This document shows, one piece after another, positions 1-9,806 of a stretch of 13,817 nt of DNA. Source of the stretch: Azolla caroliniana (Eukaryota > Plantae > Polypodiophyta); the NCBI GenBank assembly GCA_043228905.1, contig JBHGNT010000925.1, positions 1-13,817 of the forward strand, read 5' to 3'. The notes below the pieces were generated by a model. The model saw only the letters and a list, made by a program, of their open reading frames with translations. It made no database searches and had not been told where the DNA came from. The stretch's first letter is position 1; each line of letters starts with the position of its first letter. Position numbers and translations under genes: made by a program.

Positions 1-2148
1 ATGCCGACTTGCCACAATCTTTTTTGTCAAAGGGTTATAGCATCTATACCCTTTTTGCTCCTCTAAATATCCAACAATAACACATTATTCAGCTTTTGGA
101 TCAAGCTTACTTCTTACTTCAGTAGGTACATGGACATAGGCAAGGCATCCAAACACTTTTAAGCCTCCTAAACTAGGTTTCCTTCCATAGAAACATTCTT
201 CAGGAGTTACTTCATGTACTCCATATGTTATACATCTATTTAGAATAAAGTTTGTTGTGTTTACAACTTTTGCCCAGTAATACAATGGCATATTTTTTTT
301 AGTCATCATGGCTCTTGCTATGTTCACCAGAGTTCTATTTTTTCTCTCAGCAACTCCATTTTGCTGTGGAGCATACTTACATGTAAATTGTCTCCTTATT
401 CCTTGATTACATAGAAAATTAGAAAATTCATTTGAGAAGTATTCTCGTCCTCCATCAGATCTTAAACATTTTATTCTAGTCCTAGCCTGCTTTTCTACCA
501 TGCATTTAAACTTACAAAAGCAATCAAATACTTCACTTTTTTCTTTCATGAAGTAAACCCATGTTTTCCTTGAGCAATCATCAATAAAGGTTACATAGAA
601 CCTGCATCCACCAATTGAGACATTTTTTGTTGGTCCTCATACATCTGTATGTACCAAATCCAACAAATTTTTGCTTACATATCTTTCATGAGGGAAAGGT
701 AACCCGTTTTGCTTTCCATATTGGCATGCTTCACATATTTTGCTCATCTCACAGTCTTTCAACTTGGGCAGTCCAACCACTATATTTTTCCTCAACATAT
801 TTTTCAATGTTTGCATACTTATGTGACCGATTCTTTTATGCCACATTTCCGCATTTGAGATTACACTCATTCCTTCTGCAAACATGGTTGTAATCTTTTT
901 AGGCATATCCACATCTAACGCAAACATTCTTCCTTGACGTTTTCCTTTTGCAATCAGTTTTCCCTGTTTCTCTATAAAGCACCCACTTTGCTTAAACTTA
1001 ACTCGCATTCCTTGCTCTACTATCTATCCAACAGAAATCAGAGTTTTTGCAAGGTTTGGTACATGTATCACATTCAGCATATACTTTGTTTTCCCTTTTT
1101 CTTCCCACAATGGGATATCTCCAACATGCTCGATTGTGTGAGTAGTATTATCACCTGTCTATACATAACCAGGAATCTCTGGTTCTCTTAGACTTTCAAA
1201 CCAACTTGCATGTCTAGTCATATGGTTAGATGCCCCAGAATCTACATACCACATATAATCTTCATTGCATCTTTGTGAACATTCAGCCATTGTTGTTGTT
1301 TCATGTTGCATCACAAATGCACAATCTTTATCACTGTCTTCACTAGTTGAAGCATAATTATTTTGTTGTCTCTTCCCTCTTTTTTCATCATTTTGCTTTT
1401 TATAGCATTCAGCCTGTGTATGGCCTGGTTTTCTACAATACCAACAACCATCATCATTCAAATAAGTTTGCTTACCTCTTCCTCGGCCTCTTCCAGCACT
1501 ATTGTAGAGGGCTTGCCCCTCAATCTCAGAGATTCCTTTGTTTACATCATCCATCTTATTTCTTTCTTCCACTACAAGCATTGAAACTAGATCTGGAAAA
1601 TTTGGGATGTTATCCCTTGTGAGAATAGATGTTTTGAACCTTTTATATTGAGGTCCTAAGCCTCTTAAGCATATTTCCACCTTATCATCATCTTCTACCT
1701 TCACATTACTAGAAGCAAGTGACTCACATATGCTCTTTATTTTCAGAGCATACTCATTAACTGACATCTTACCTTTTTCCAAGGTATTTAGCTCAGTCTT
1801 CAACTCAAGTTTTCTAGCCTTTGTGTTTACTGCAAACAGTTTTACCAAACTGTCCCAAGCTTCTTTTGGAAGTAGAGCATCTTGTATGTGTCCAAGCATC
1901 AAATCTGAGATGCTAAGTGACAACCAATGCAATACTTTCCTTGCTCCTTGATTCCATTCCTTAAATGCTTTAATCTATGTAGCAGTTGCATTTTCCTGAG
2001 GGATCACTGGAGCCTCTTCTAGGTCTCCTTCAATGTAGTCCCAGTATCCTTTTCCCATCAAGAAATTTGTTATTCTAAATTTCCACGCAAGGAAATTGTT
2101 TTTATCCAACTTTTCTGCGACTATTTGGCTTCCATTCTCAGCAGCCAT
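1..2148 (-). pseudogene. Copia gag-pol polyprotein, disabled by five in-frame stop codons
   Basis: One reading frame from ATG 2148 (MAAENGSQIVAEKLDKNNFLAWKFRI...) joins ORFs 1159-1932, 637-1008 and 85-549. Motifs: zinc knuckle CWYCRKPGHTQAEC, protease WYVDSGASNHM, integrase Zn motif WHKRIGH...CEAC, DDE core (HTDV*GP, RSDGG, QQNGVAERKN), and FGCLAYVHV. Stops at 1975-1977, 1159-1161, 1024-1026, 637-639 and 85-87. Confidence 0.93.
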
Positions 2149-2270
2149 TCTCTCTTTTAATTAGGGCTTTTGCTACGATTAACTTCACAGACAACTCTCT
2201 GATTCAGATCAGCAACCAGAACCAAGCTTCTCATATTTGTACTGCTCTAATCTTCTTTACGAGCAACTCT

Positions 2271-2282
2271 ACTCTTATACCA
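2271..2282 (-). other. Primer-binding site complementary to tRNA-iMet (degenerate)
   Basis: Minus strand TGGTATAAGAGT versus canonical TGGTATCAGAGC (10/12 match), directly abutting the LTR end ...TAACA. Confidence 0.85.
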
Positions 2283-2666
2283 TGTTACGAAGGTGCTCCG
2301 GCTCTTATTTGTGCGCATCAGATCGTGATGGGTTGGATCGTTTAATGTGCTCAAGACAGAAAAGGAAGGGGGAAGGAGACTTACCTCTGTAGCAAAACCA
2401 AAAGCTTCTTCTATTTCATTACACACAGAGCTCAACTCGCTCTCGTCAGTTTTTTGTTCTTCTCTACTCTCACTACTCTTCTATATCTCACTCTCTTACT
2501 TTTTACCTAAGTTATAAGTGACTTACATATGCAGCTAATTAGTTGTGACTAGCTAAATAGTTGATTCATCTTTATGTCCACTAGTAGCTAATTTTCTAAT
2601 AGCTACTATAGAATATCTCACTTACCAATATACATCACATACCTTTGTTGAGCTTGTTTCTCAACA
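2283..2666 (-). repeat. 5' LTR of the copia element (384 bp)
   Basis: Starts TGTTGAGAAA, ends CGTAACA (TGTT/AACA inverted termini) and is followed by the PBS. It contains a TATA-like CTTATAAC near 2511-2518 followed by a GA-rich tract. The outer boundary coincides with the break in the host element's gag frame. Confidence 0.85.
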
Positions 2667-3120
2667 CAGTCGATCGTGAGTCTATCATCTGTCTCCAATA
2701 GGAGACCTAACTTTTCCCAATCAAGTGGGTCGACCGACTTGATAAATAGCAGGACCTTGCTCGTATCGAGCACGGTTCGGCTGAATGTTGAAAGGCGCGC
2801 AAATCACTTCTCAAACTTCTGGAGAAGCACCAATGACCCACTCCCTAAAGTCCCTCTTCGACAACCGGAGCAAGTTGTCGCAACCTTATTTTTCGAGGAG
2901 TCGTCCCCTTGAACTCTAACCAAGTCTGACAGTCGTTTTCGACTTCGAGCACTTCCATGTGGATGCTTGGGGTTACAACCCGTGGGAATGTAGACAGTTA
3001 TCTATCCTTTGGGATGTCTCTCATTAGCATTTCGGCCTTGTAGGCCTCTAGGTAGTTTGTTACATCCTTTCCATTAAATCATCCTATCGTGCCAACTATC
3101 ATCTCTATGGCCTGTCGAGA
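2667..3120 (-). pseudogene. Degenerate retrotransposon gag N-terminal fragment
   Basis: Hand translation across two frameshifts: RQAIEMIVGTIG*FNGKDVTNYLEAYKAEMLMRDIPKDR*LSTFPRVVTPSIHMEVLEVENDCQTWLEFK / GRLLEK*GCDNLLRLSKRDFREWV / LLQKFEK*FARLSTFSRTVLDTSKVLLFIKSVDPLDWEKLGLLLETDDRLTID. The F-x-G...YL...E and W..F...L patterns and the position just after a PBS fit gag. Confidence 0.7.
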
Positions 3121-3201
3121 CCACTCGCACTCTCCCAAGCATTCACCGTCATTGCTTCTGCTAGTTCACTTCCCCTCATTTTAGATTCATTTGCTGCCCC
3201 T

Positions 3202-3219
3202 TTCACGTCGGGTTCACAA
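3202..3219 (-). other. Primer-binding site complementary to the tRNA-Trp 3' end
   Basis: Plus strand TTCACGTCGGGTTCACAA versus the plant cytosolic tRNA-Trp(CCA) 3' end TTCACGTCGGGTTCACCA as recalled (17/18), 3 nt from the LTR end. Confidence 0.8.
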
Positions 3220-3222
3220 AGA

Positions 3223-4366
3223 TGTTATGGTAATCCACAGGTATGTGTCGAAACAGGCGGGATCACCGGGGTCTCAGACTAAGTAGTCGGTAAGAGGAAA
3301 CGAGAGAGAGTGAAAATGAATATCCAGAATGTTTCCAGATAGCTTTGCCGAAACACAGGTAAGGACACGTGACCGATCCGGAGATGTCCACCGGATGCCG
3401 GATGGTTAGCACACGGGCTTAGATGCGTATATTGTTCCCGACTAGATACCAAATACCAGATGAAGAGCATGCATGCTCAGACACTCGGGTATACACGAAG
3501 GTAAAAGGGGAACAAAGATGAGAATGTAATAGAAATTAGGAAACGGATAGGAAAAAGAGAAGACCAAATGCAGCAAGACAAATCGATTAACTAACAAAGA
3601 AAGAAAGATACAACCAGACTCGGTTGGTGATAGAGCTTCGAGCCCTTGACACACACACCTTGCAAACACCAGCAAGCCTCTGATTGGGAGCACTCGGGCT
3701 TCTAGACCGAATAGAAGCCTCGCAGCACAACATTAGAGACGGGAACAAGAAGCGAACTATTGATTCTGAAATCCGGCAAAACTTCCTCCTCCCCACGATC
3801 GATCCCTTACAAGAGTTTAAACCTCCCCTTTTGATAGAAATAGTGCTCGGCCACAACCAAGCTTCAAACACACAATGGAAGAAACAAACAAACAAGAACC
3901 AGGTAGATTTATACACTTACATCGAAATGAGATGACATAGGATATTAACGTGGAAAACCTCGGAGGAGCTAAAACCATAGGAGTTCTCTAACTCCGAACA
4001 GAATTACTATAGAGAGGAAGGGTACAATGGGAGACTCAGAGGCAACGACCTCGAGCTCTATCTTCGCCAACTAGCAGTTACAACAGAAAATGCTTTCTAT
4101 TTCTTTCTCTCTTTCTGTCTCTATACAACAAATCGATAACTCATACTCAACCATTTGCCCTAGTTATATTTATACTTATATAACTTACGGGCTATTTACA
4201 AAAGTTGTCTCAATGGCCCATAAGAAACATATTTACATATTGGATCCAGTCGGACCCCTTCTAGGTCCATCCAATCCGGTTTCCGGATATCCTTCCAGAC
4301 ACTCCGATCCGATTCATTCTTCTCTGACTTCTCCGATCCCCACCCAGAGGGATTGGTATCTCAACA
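3223..4366 (-). repeat. 5' LTR of the tRNA-Trp-primed element (~1144 bp)
   Basis: Minus strand starts TGTTGAGATACC and ends CCATAACA next to the PBS, with TATAAATA at 4174-4167 followed by a GA-rich tract. The 3223 boundary is well supported; the 4366 boundary is less certain because no second LTR is in the window. Confidence 0.65.
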
Positions 4367-4420
4367 CTTTTTTATAGCCAAAAGGGAGGTCGTAACATCG
4401 TGCTTAATGACAACGTTTTT

Positions 4421-4691
4421 TGTCAGCGATTCTCCCTCGATTCTCTCTCACATCATATCCTATTATTCCTGTCTTTGTATGGGGCATTATAGTACCCATC
4501 AACTACTCTACCTAGTACTTATAAATACTCTACCTATATTTACATTTCTTTGTACATTAGTCCTTGTTCTTGTGCATACTTGCATATCCTCATTCACGCG
4601 CATCCAACGAAGTTTCTCCTTGTGGCCGGAATTCCCCACAATAACGTGTGAGCATTCAAGTACTCTGTCGCTTTATACATTTTCATTGACA
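4421..4691 (+). repeat. LTR-like segment (271 bp), solo or remnant
   Basis: Inverted termini TGTCAGCGA...TCATTGACA (7/9, perfect TGTCA/TGACA) and an internal TATAAATA at 4520-4527. No target-site duplication (TTTTT vs AATAG) and no clear PBS or PPT. Confidence 0.45.
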
Positions 4692-4692
4692 A

Positions 4693-4948
4693 ATAGGAGA
4701 TAGTGTTGCGGTAGATGAGGTCGAAGTGAATATAAAATATAAGAAAGGACAAGCATGTGGTTAGTCCCCTACCCAAACATAGTTTGCAATTGATGAAAGA
4801 AGTAGCGGCAGATCCATACCTTAGAAACCCAAGAGGAATAAGACACATGATCGCCAAAAAAACACGAAGATGAGGGAAGCTCCAAGTTGGTGGGGGTGGA
4901 TTCCTACTTCCTGAAGAGGAGTCGAAACTTTGAGAAATGCTGGAATGA
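4693..4948 (+). pseudogene. Degenerate Ty3/gypsy pol-like fragment (region preceding RT)
   Basis: IGDSVAVDEVEVNIKYKK / DKHVVSPLPKHSLQLMKEVAADPYLRNPRGIRHMIAKKTRR*GKLQVGGGGFLLPEEESKL*EMLE*. This resembles, from memory, the KYK..DK.V.P...PLP...FL.PEE linker found before RT in some gypsy lineages. Unverified. Confidence 0.45.
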
Positions 4949-7028
4949 CTCTAAGAGTGTAAACTCTAGGTTTGATTTTAATGTTTTACGTTTTAATTTA
5001 AACCTTAATTTTTTACTAACCTTTTTTTCGATAAACTAACCTTTTTTAACAAAACAATAACCACTTTTTTTCCAAAAAAACCCACTTTTAAAATAAAAAA
5101 AATGTTTTCTTAATACTTAATAGTAAAAACATTAACACGATATTTATTTTTTTCATTATCTTTGTGAGGTAGTTATGCTAATTTGTGTATCTTTGTGTTA
5201 TAGTAATGACATCTATAACGATGTAACATTATATAGAGCTTTTTACTTTTAAAATTTGTATATCAAATGACATGTTAGTTTTTGTAATCTTATGGCATAT
5301 GATATACATCTTTAAAAAATGCCCGTCAAAAAACTTTGATACTAACCCATCAAATTTAGGCCCTGATCCTCATAATCATGATTTTCCTTGAGCCTCTCAC
5401 ATAAACGGCATGTGCTTTAGCTACTCATTTATTATGATTTATTATCTTCTGTTTACTTTATTTATTCATTAATATATAAAGACAAAGGTTGTAACATATA
5501 ACCATAGAATATAACATTCCCATTATTTTATTTTCTTTCCAAAAAAAATATTCCCATTATTTTGCTCAAACATTCAGTTTCATACATTCGCAAAGGAATG
5601 CGTATGTTATGAAAACATACTTATGATTTTTTTGACATTTTTATTTTTATTTTCTCAAATTTTTACCTTAAAAAAAGTTTTACCTTAGAGTAAATAATAA
5701 ATATAAAAGTATGGTATTTACCAGGCTCAAGTGATCGAAACATTCTCGAATGCGAATACACATATGGTATGCATGGTTCATACTATGCTTATAGCTATAA
5801 AGATAACCTTTCCAACAAGAGGTATAATCACCTTCAAATGTAGGTAAAGAAATTGGCATATTAGGCTAACAATACTTTTAATGAGAATTTATAACAAACA
5901 CCTTTCCTATCTAATTGTGAATGTATCTGCATAGTAGCTGATTTTGACAACTTTAAAACTTCACATACATTTAACATCAAACCTTATTCATGCTTGATAG
6001 TGCTCAACAACATTAGGGCAGTATAAGAAATTCATGACAGATATGGACTACAAGAAATGTTACCCATTTTTTGCATGTAATCGTGTGATGATTTGTGGGT
6101 TGGGTGTTACTTTGGGGGATTCCATTTAGGTGAACACATTTTCCCACAATGTCTTCTTCGCTTTAGAGGAGATGTCATAAACTCATGATTTGTAATTTTT
6201 CCCCTGTATGATTTCATGTGTTCATAAGCTTTTGAAATGCACTCTCGGGCATTGCTATCGATAATTTAAAGACAAATCATTTGGCTTTAGATGCCTATGA
6301 CAATAATATTAATTGTGAATCCCCTCTGACAACTAACCAACTTTAATGTGTACACATTTGAAATTAATTTTATATGTGCCTGATTAAAGAATCCACTAAA
6401 TCTGTCTAACAATCCAATTTATACAGCTACATAATCTATCGAATTCAAGCGCCAGATCTGATTCCTTAAATTGTCAATTTCGTTCATATAACGAATTCTC
6501 TCTCGCATTTATCATTAGACATACATTATTGGTGGGATGTTCTGCGCTCACATTTTTGGAAAAAGAAGTACAAATTTGAAACATGTGGGTTTTAAGGTGG
6601 GGTATGTGACACTTTGTATTTATATATGTATGGCTGCATTTGGACTGTATCATTCATTCATTACATTGAATAAAGCGTTGATGGGTTAGACCTTAGGATG
6701 TGGCCACAATTGGAAGTAGTTAGGATGTGCCCTTAGCTATGGACATATTTGGAAGAGCAATGGTCTCCATTAGAGACATCATGAATAGTTGAAAGGGTAA
6801 AAGAGAGAGAGATTGGCATAATGTAGTATGTATATATATATTGTTGAGTGTTGTTGATTTCATAACATGTACATTGGATATTCTAATCCTCTTTTGCCCC
6901 ACAAAACCTATTTTTATTATTAACTTGTCAATCTCCAAATTAGATCCAAAATCTCTTATCATTCTTCCCTAAGTTTGACAAATAATGTTTCCTATTGATT
7001 AATATATTCAATATATTCAAGCATTTCG

Positions 7029-8088
7029 ATGTTTAGCAGGGTTTATATCCAAACCCTTGGAACAACAAGCTGCCAACATGTAATCTCCAATTACTGATGA
7101 TAACAAAACCCACACGTAATTAGCAATGTCGAAATTTGCGGATTCAATCCAATAGCCATTAGGGAATTAATCTACCCTCACCCATCAAGCACCGATCACA
7201 TATTATTATTTTATCACATTGCATCCACTTGTAAAGATTAGTGGAGCTCCCTTGTCACTTCAACTCACTCTTACCATCTATCTCATCTTTATTGGTCGTA
7301 CAATGATGCCACGTCTCATGGCACATCATATATTAATCTTAGATCTTAACGAAACAAACACAAAATGTTGGCAATGAATGGAAGTCTACATCTTGCTTGT
7401 TGACATCTAAGAATTTGCGCATTATTTGTTGGAATATTGAAGAAATTTGCACATTCTTCATCTTTTTTTCTATTTGAACTTTGGATTTGTGTGCAATGAC
7501 TTAAGGTACGCATTTACCTATGTCTACTTCTTCTCCAAGGTGTTTGTCTTATTCATAAAATAGTTACAATATTCCCTTTGATTTATTTTTTCTATCCTAG
7601 AGTTTCGTGATGTTCATGAACATGCAACTAATCATAGTAGGCTTGTTTTGTGGCAATGACATAACTTTTGTGAGTTCCCCGTTGTAGAGGACTCCACCTA
7701 CAATCATTGACATTCAAATTTCTATCCGCACATTTTCCACCTCAATCCTTACAAGTATTGAACCTATACACATATCTCCCTTGGGCCATCATCTACACTT
7801 TTTATTGCAATCTCCACTAATAAGATCCTCTAGCATCAGATATCAAGGATACCAGCCCCACACTTGTGTAACATCATATGATGTGATTGGGCTCTCGAGT
7901 TATGATAGCATTACAACACATGGCCTTTAATAAATAATGAGCAAGCTCTATTGAGCTAGTTCTTTTCTATAATTGGAACAAAAATGTAGGAGACTCCCTC
8001 TTTCGTAAACATGTATTGCCAAACCTATTCAATGTTTCAAGACTTTGTCTTTACAGGTAAGCATCGTGCCAATTGTGGCATTAAAGGT
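7029..8088 (-). mobile_element. Possible highly degenerate Mutator-like (MULE/SWIM) transposase relic
   Basis: Short minus-strand peptides in the expected order: TFNATIGTM (8088-8062), GWYP*YLMLED..VEIAIKSV (7857-7794), LCHCH/KQAY (7664-7637), TNNA (7429-7418), CCSKGLDINPAKH (7067-7029). No ORF and no TIRs seen. Confidence 0.3.
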
Positions 8089-8179
8089 AGTCAGTTGGGC
8101 AAGATGACATCGTTTTCATGCATGAAATAGCACACTTTTCGATAGTACCTTATAATCGGAACAAAATATGGACTCAACT

Positions 8180-8199
8180 TATATATATATATATATATA
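8180..8199. repeat. (TA)10 microsatellite
   Basis: Read directly from the sequence. Confidence 0.9.
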
Positions 8200-8640
8200 A
8201 CTAGTCAAAAAAGCAATGTTATCAATTTGGTTCCTCTCGATGAGGGGTTTTACACACAAAGTTACTACAAAGTTAATACAATTACTTCGGTAAATAATTA
8301 TGGAGGTTGAACTTAATTTTTACACTAAGATAGAAATACAACAAATATGTATGTGTACACGGAACATGCAAGATCCCATAATATTGCTATGGAAATCTCA
8401 TCTTAATGTACACGGAACCTATTAATAATATGAGAAATGCAACATGGATATTTTGCGGGAGAAACACCATGACTATTTTGCAAGTAAGAGGGGCGAAAGA
8501 CTCTAGAACAACCAACAATGAAGACAAACCACCTAGACACATTAGGACACAATACTTATATATCGAGATTCGAGATGTTTCGATCTTGTGATGATACAAT
8601 ATGTATATCATAATCTCGTGTGGACGATGCTGCAATAAAT

Positions 8641-8651
8641 TTTATTTTATT
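8641..8651 (-). terminator. Candidate polyadenylation signal(s) of the PKS gene
   Basis: Overlapping AATAAA hexamers on the minus strand ~150 nt after the TAA stop, with T/G-rich sequence further downstream. Confidence 0.45.
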
Positions 8652-8796
8652 TTTGTGCTCCGCTAATTAACTTCTTTGCCAGCATTCAATGATGGTTAAA
8701 ATGATCGCCCATTTAGAAAAACCAATGGTACCGAGGATGTTTTCTTAACAACTAAACAATACCGATGACGGACACTAGGGACACTAGCCGATCCTT

Positions 8797-9806
8797 TTAA
8801 TCACGGTGGCGACAACGTTTGAGCAACGCCCCCTCAATAGTGACGCCAGGCCCGAACGCGACGGCGATACCCCATTCGCACTCGCCTTGCACGTCCGCGG
8901 GTGAGTCCTTCCGCCTCAACTCGTCCAGCACGAAGAGCACCGTGGATGCCGAGATGTTCCCGTAGTGTTTCAAGATGTGCCGGCTCGCCCCGAGCTTCTC
9001 GGGCACGAGGTCCAACGCCTCCTGGACCGAGTTGAGGATTGCGGGCCCGCCCGAGTGGACCGCCCAGAAGACGTCGTTGAAGCCGGGCTTCTCGGGCGCA
9101 TTATCGAGGGCCGTGCGGCAGAAGTCGCCCACGTACTTGGACACCAACGAGGGGAGCGTGCGGTCGAGGTAGAATTGGAGACCGTCGAGCTTGAGCTTGC
9201 CTTCGATGATCTTGTCCGAGTCCGGTGCGAGGACCTCTCCGACCCAGTGGATCTCGAACAAGGGCCGCTCGATGGATGGGCCGGGCCGGGGCCCGGGTAC
9301 TGGTAGTGCGCCCACGATGACTCCCGAGGCTCCGTCCCCGAAGAGGGCCGTGCCGACCAGGTCATATGGGAACCTCTCGTCGGGCGCGCGGAACGTGGGC
9401 GCGGCGAGCTCCGAGCAGCATATGAGGATGCGGGCTTCCGGATTGTTCTCGGCCAGGTCTTTGGCCACGCGGAGCGCCGTCACGCCCGCATAGCACCCCA
9501 GCATGTAGAGCATGACCCGCCTCACATCGGGCCGGAGGCCGAGTGACTTGGTGAGCATGACATCGGCCCCCGGGATGGCCACCCCCGTGAGGGTGGCCAC
9601 CACCAGGTGGGTAATCTCCGAGGCTGGACGCCCCCACTCCTTGATCGCCTCCACCGCCGCCTCATGTGCCAGCTTCGGAACCTCCCTCGCGAAGATCGAG
9701 TTCCTCTGCTCCATGCTCGGCTCGCCCGGCGTGTAGAACTCCGTGTGCTCCTTCAAGAACTCGTCGGTCAGTATCGAATACCGGTTCTGTATTCCTGACC
9801 GATCGC
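8797..9806 (-). CDS. Type III PKS exon 2 (catalytic core)
   Basis: Acceptor ...AAAACCAG|GC GAT CGG TCA restores [10 protein letters not shown] (CHS has C-D-K-S-M-I-K-R-R-Y). Ends TAA at 8799-8797. Confidence 0.93.

Larger units (their letters stand above)
1..2666 (-). mobile_element. Ty1/copia LTR retrotransposon, 5' portion (5' LTR, PBS, gag-protease-integrase); continues beyond the left edge of the window
   Basis: The minus strand reads LTR (TGTTGAGA...TAACA, 2666-2283), PBS (2282-2271), then gag-pol from ATG 2148. Integrase directly follows protease, which is the copia domain order. RT, RNase H and the 3' LTR are outside the window. Confidence 0.95.
2667..4366 (-). mobile_element. Older LTR retrotransposon, probably Ty3/gypsy: 5' LTR, tRNA-Trp PBS and start of gag, interrupted by the copia insertion
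   Basis: TGTT...AACA-bounded segment 4366-3223, a 17/18-nt tRNA-Trp PBS 3 nt downstream, then a degenerate gag-like frame that ends exactly at the copia LTR. The superfamily call is inferred from recalled gag similarity only. Confidence 0.75.

Noticed and set aside
3202-3219. tRNA-Trp gene
   Set aside because: Only the last 18 nt match, with no cloverleaf or A/B boxes, and it abuts an LTR, so it is a PBS.
615-4857. Short ORFs antisense to the retroelement genes or inside LTRs
   Set aside because: Shadow frames of transposon sequence with no domain signatures.
4960-5720. Very AT-rich tract with AAACC-like motifs and a 14-bp direct repeat (5516-5529, 5550-5563)
   Set aside because: No TIR/TSD pair identified; treated as low-complexity intergenic sequence.
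8180-8230. CTAG next to (TA)n as a Helitron 3' end
   Set aside because: No GC-rich subterminal hairpin.
8770-8787. GGACACTAG x2 just after the PKS stop codon
   Set aside because: A 9-bp slippage duplication with no evidence of function.
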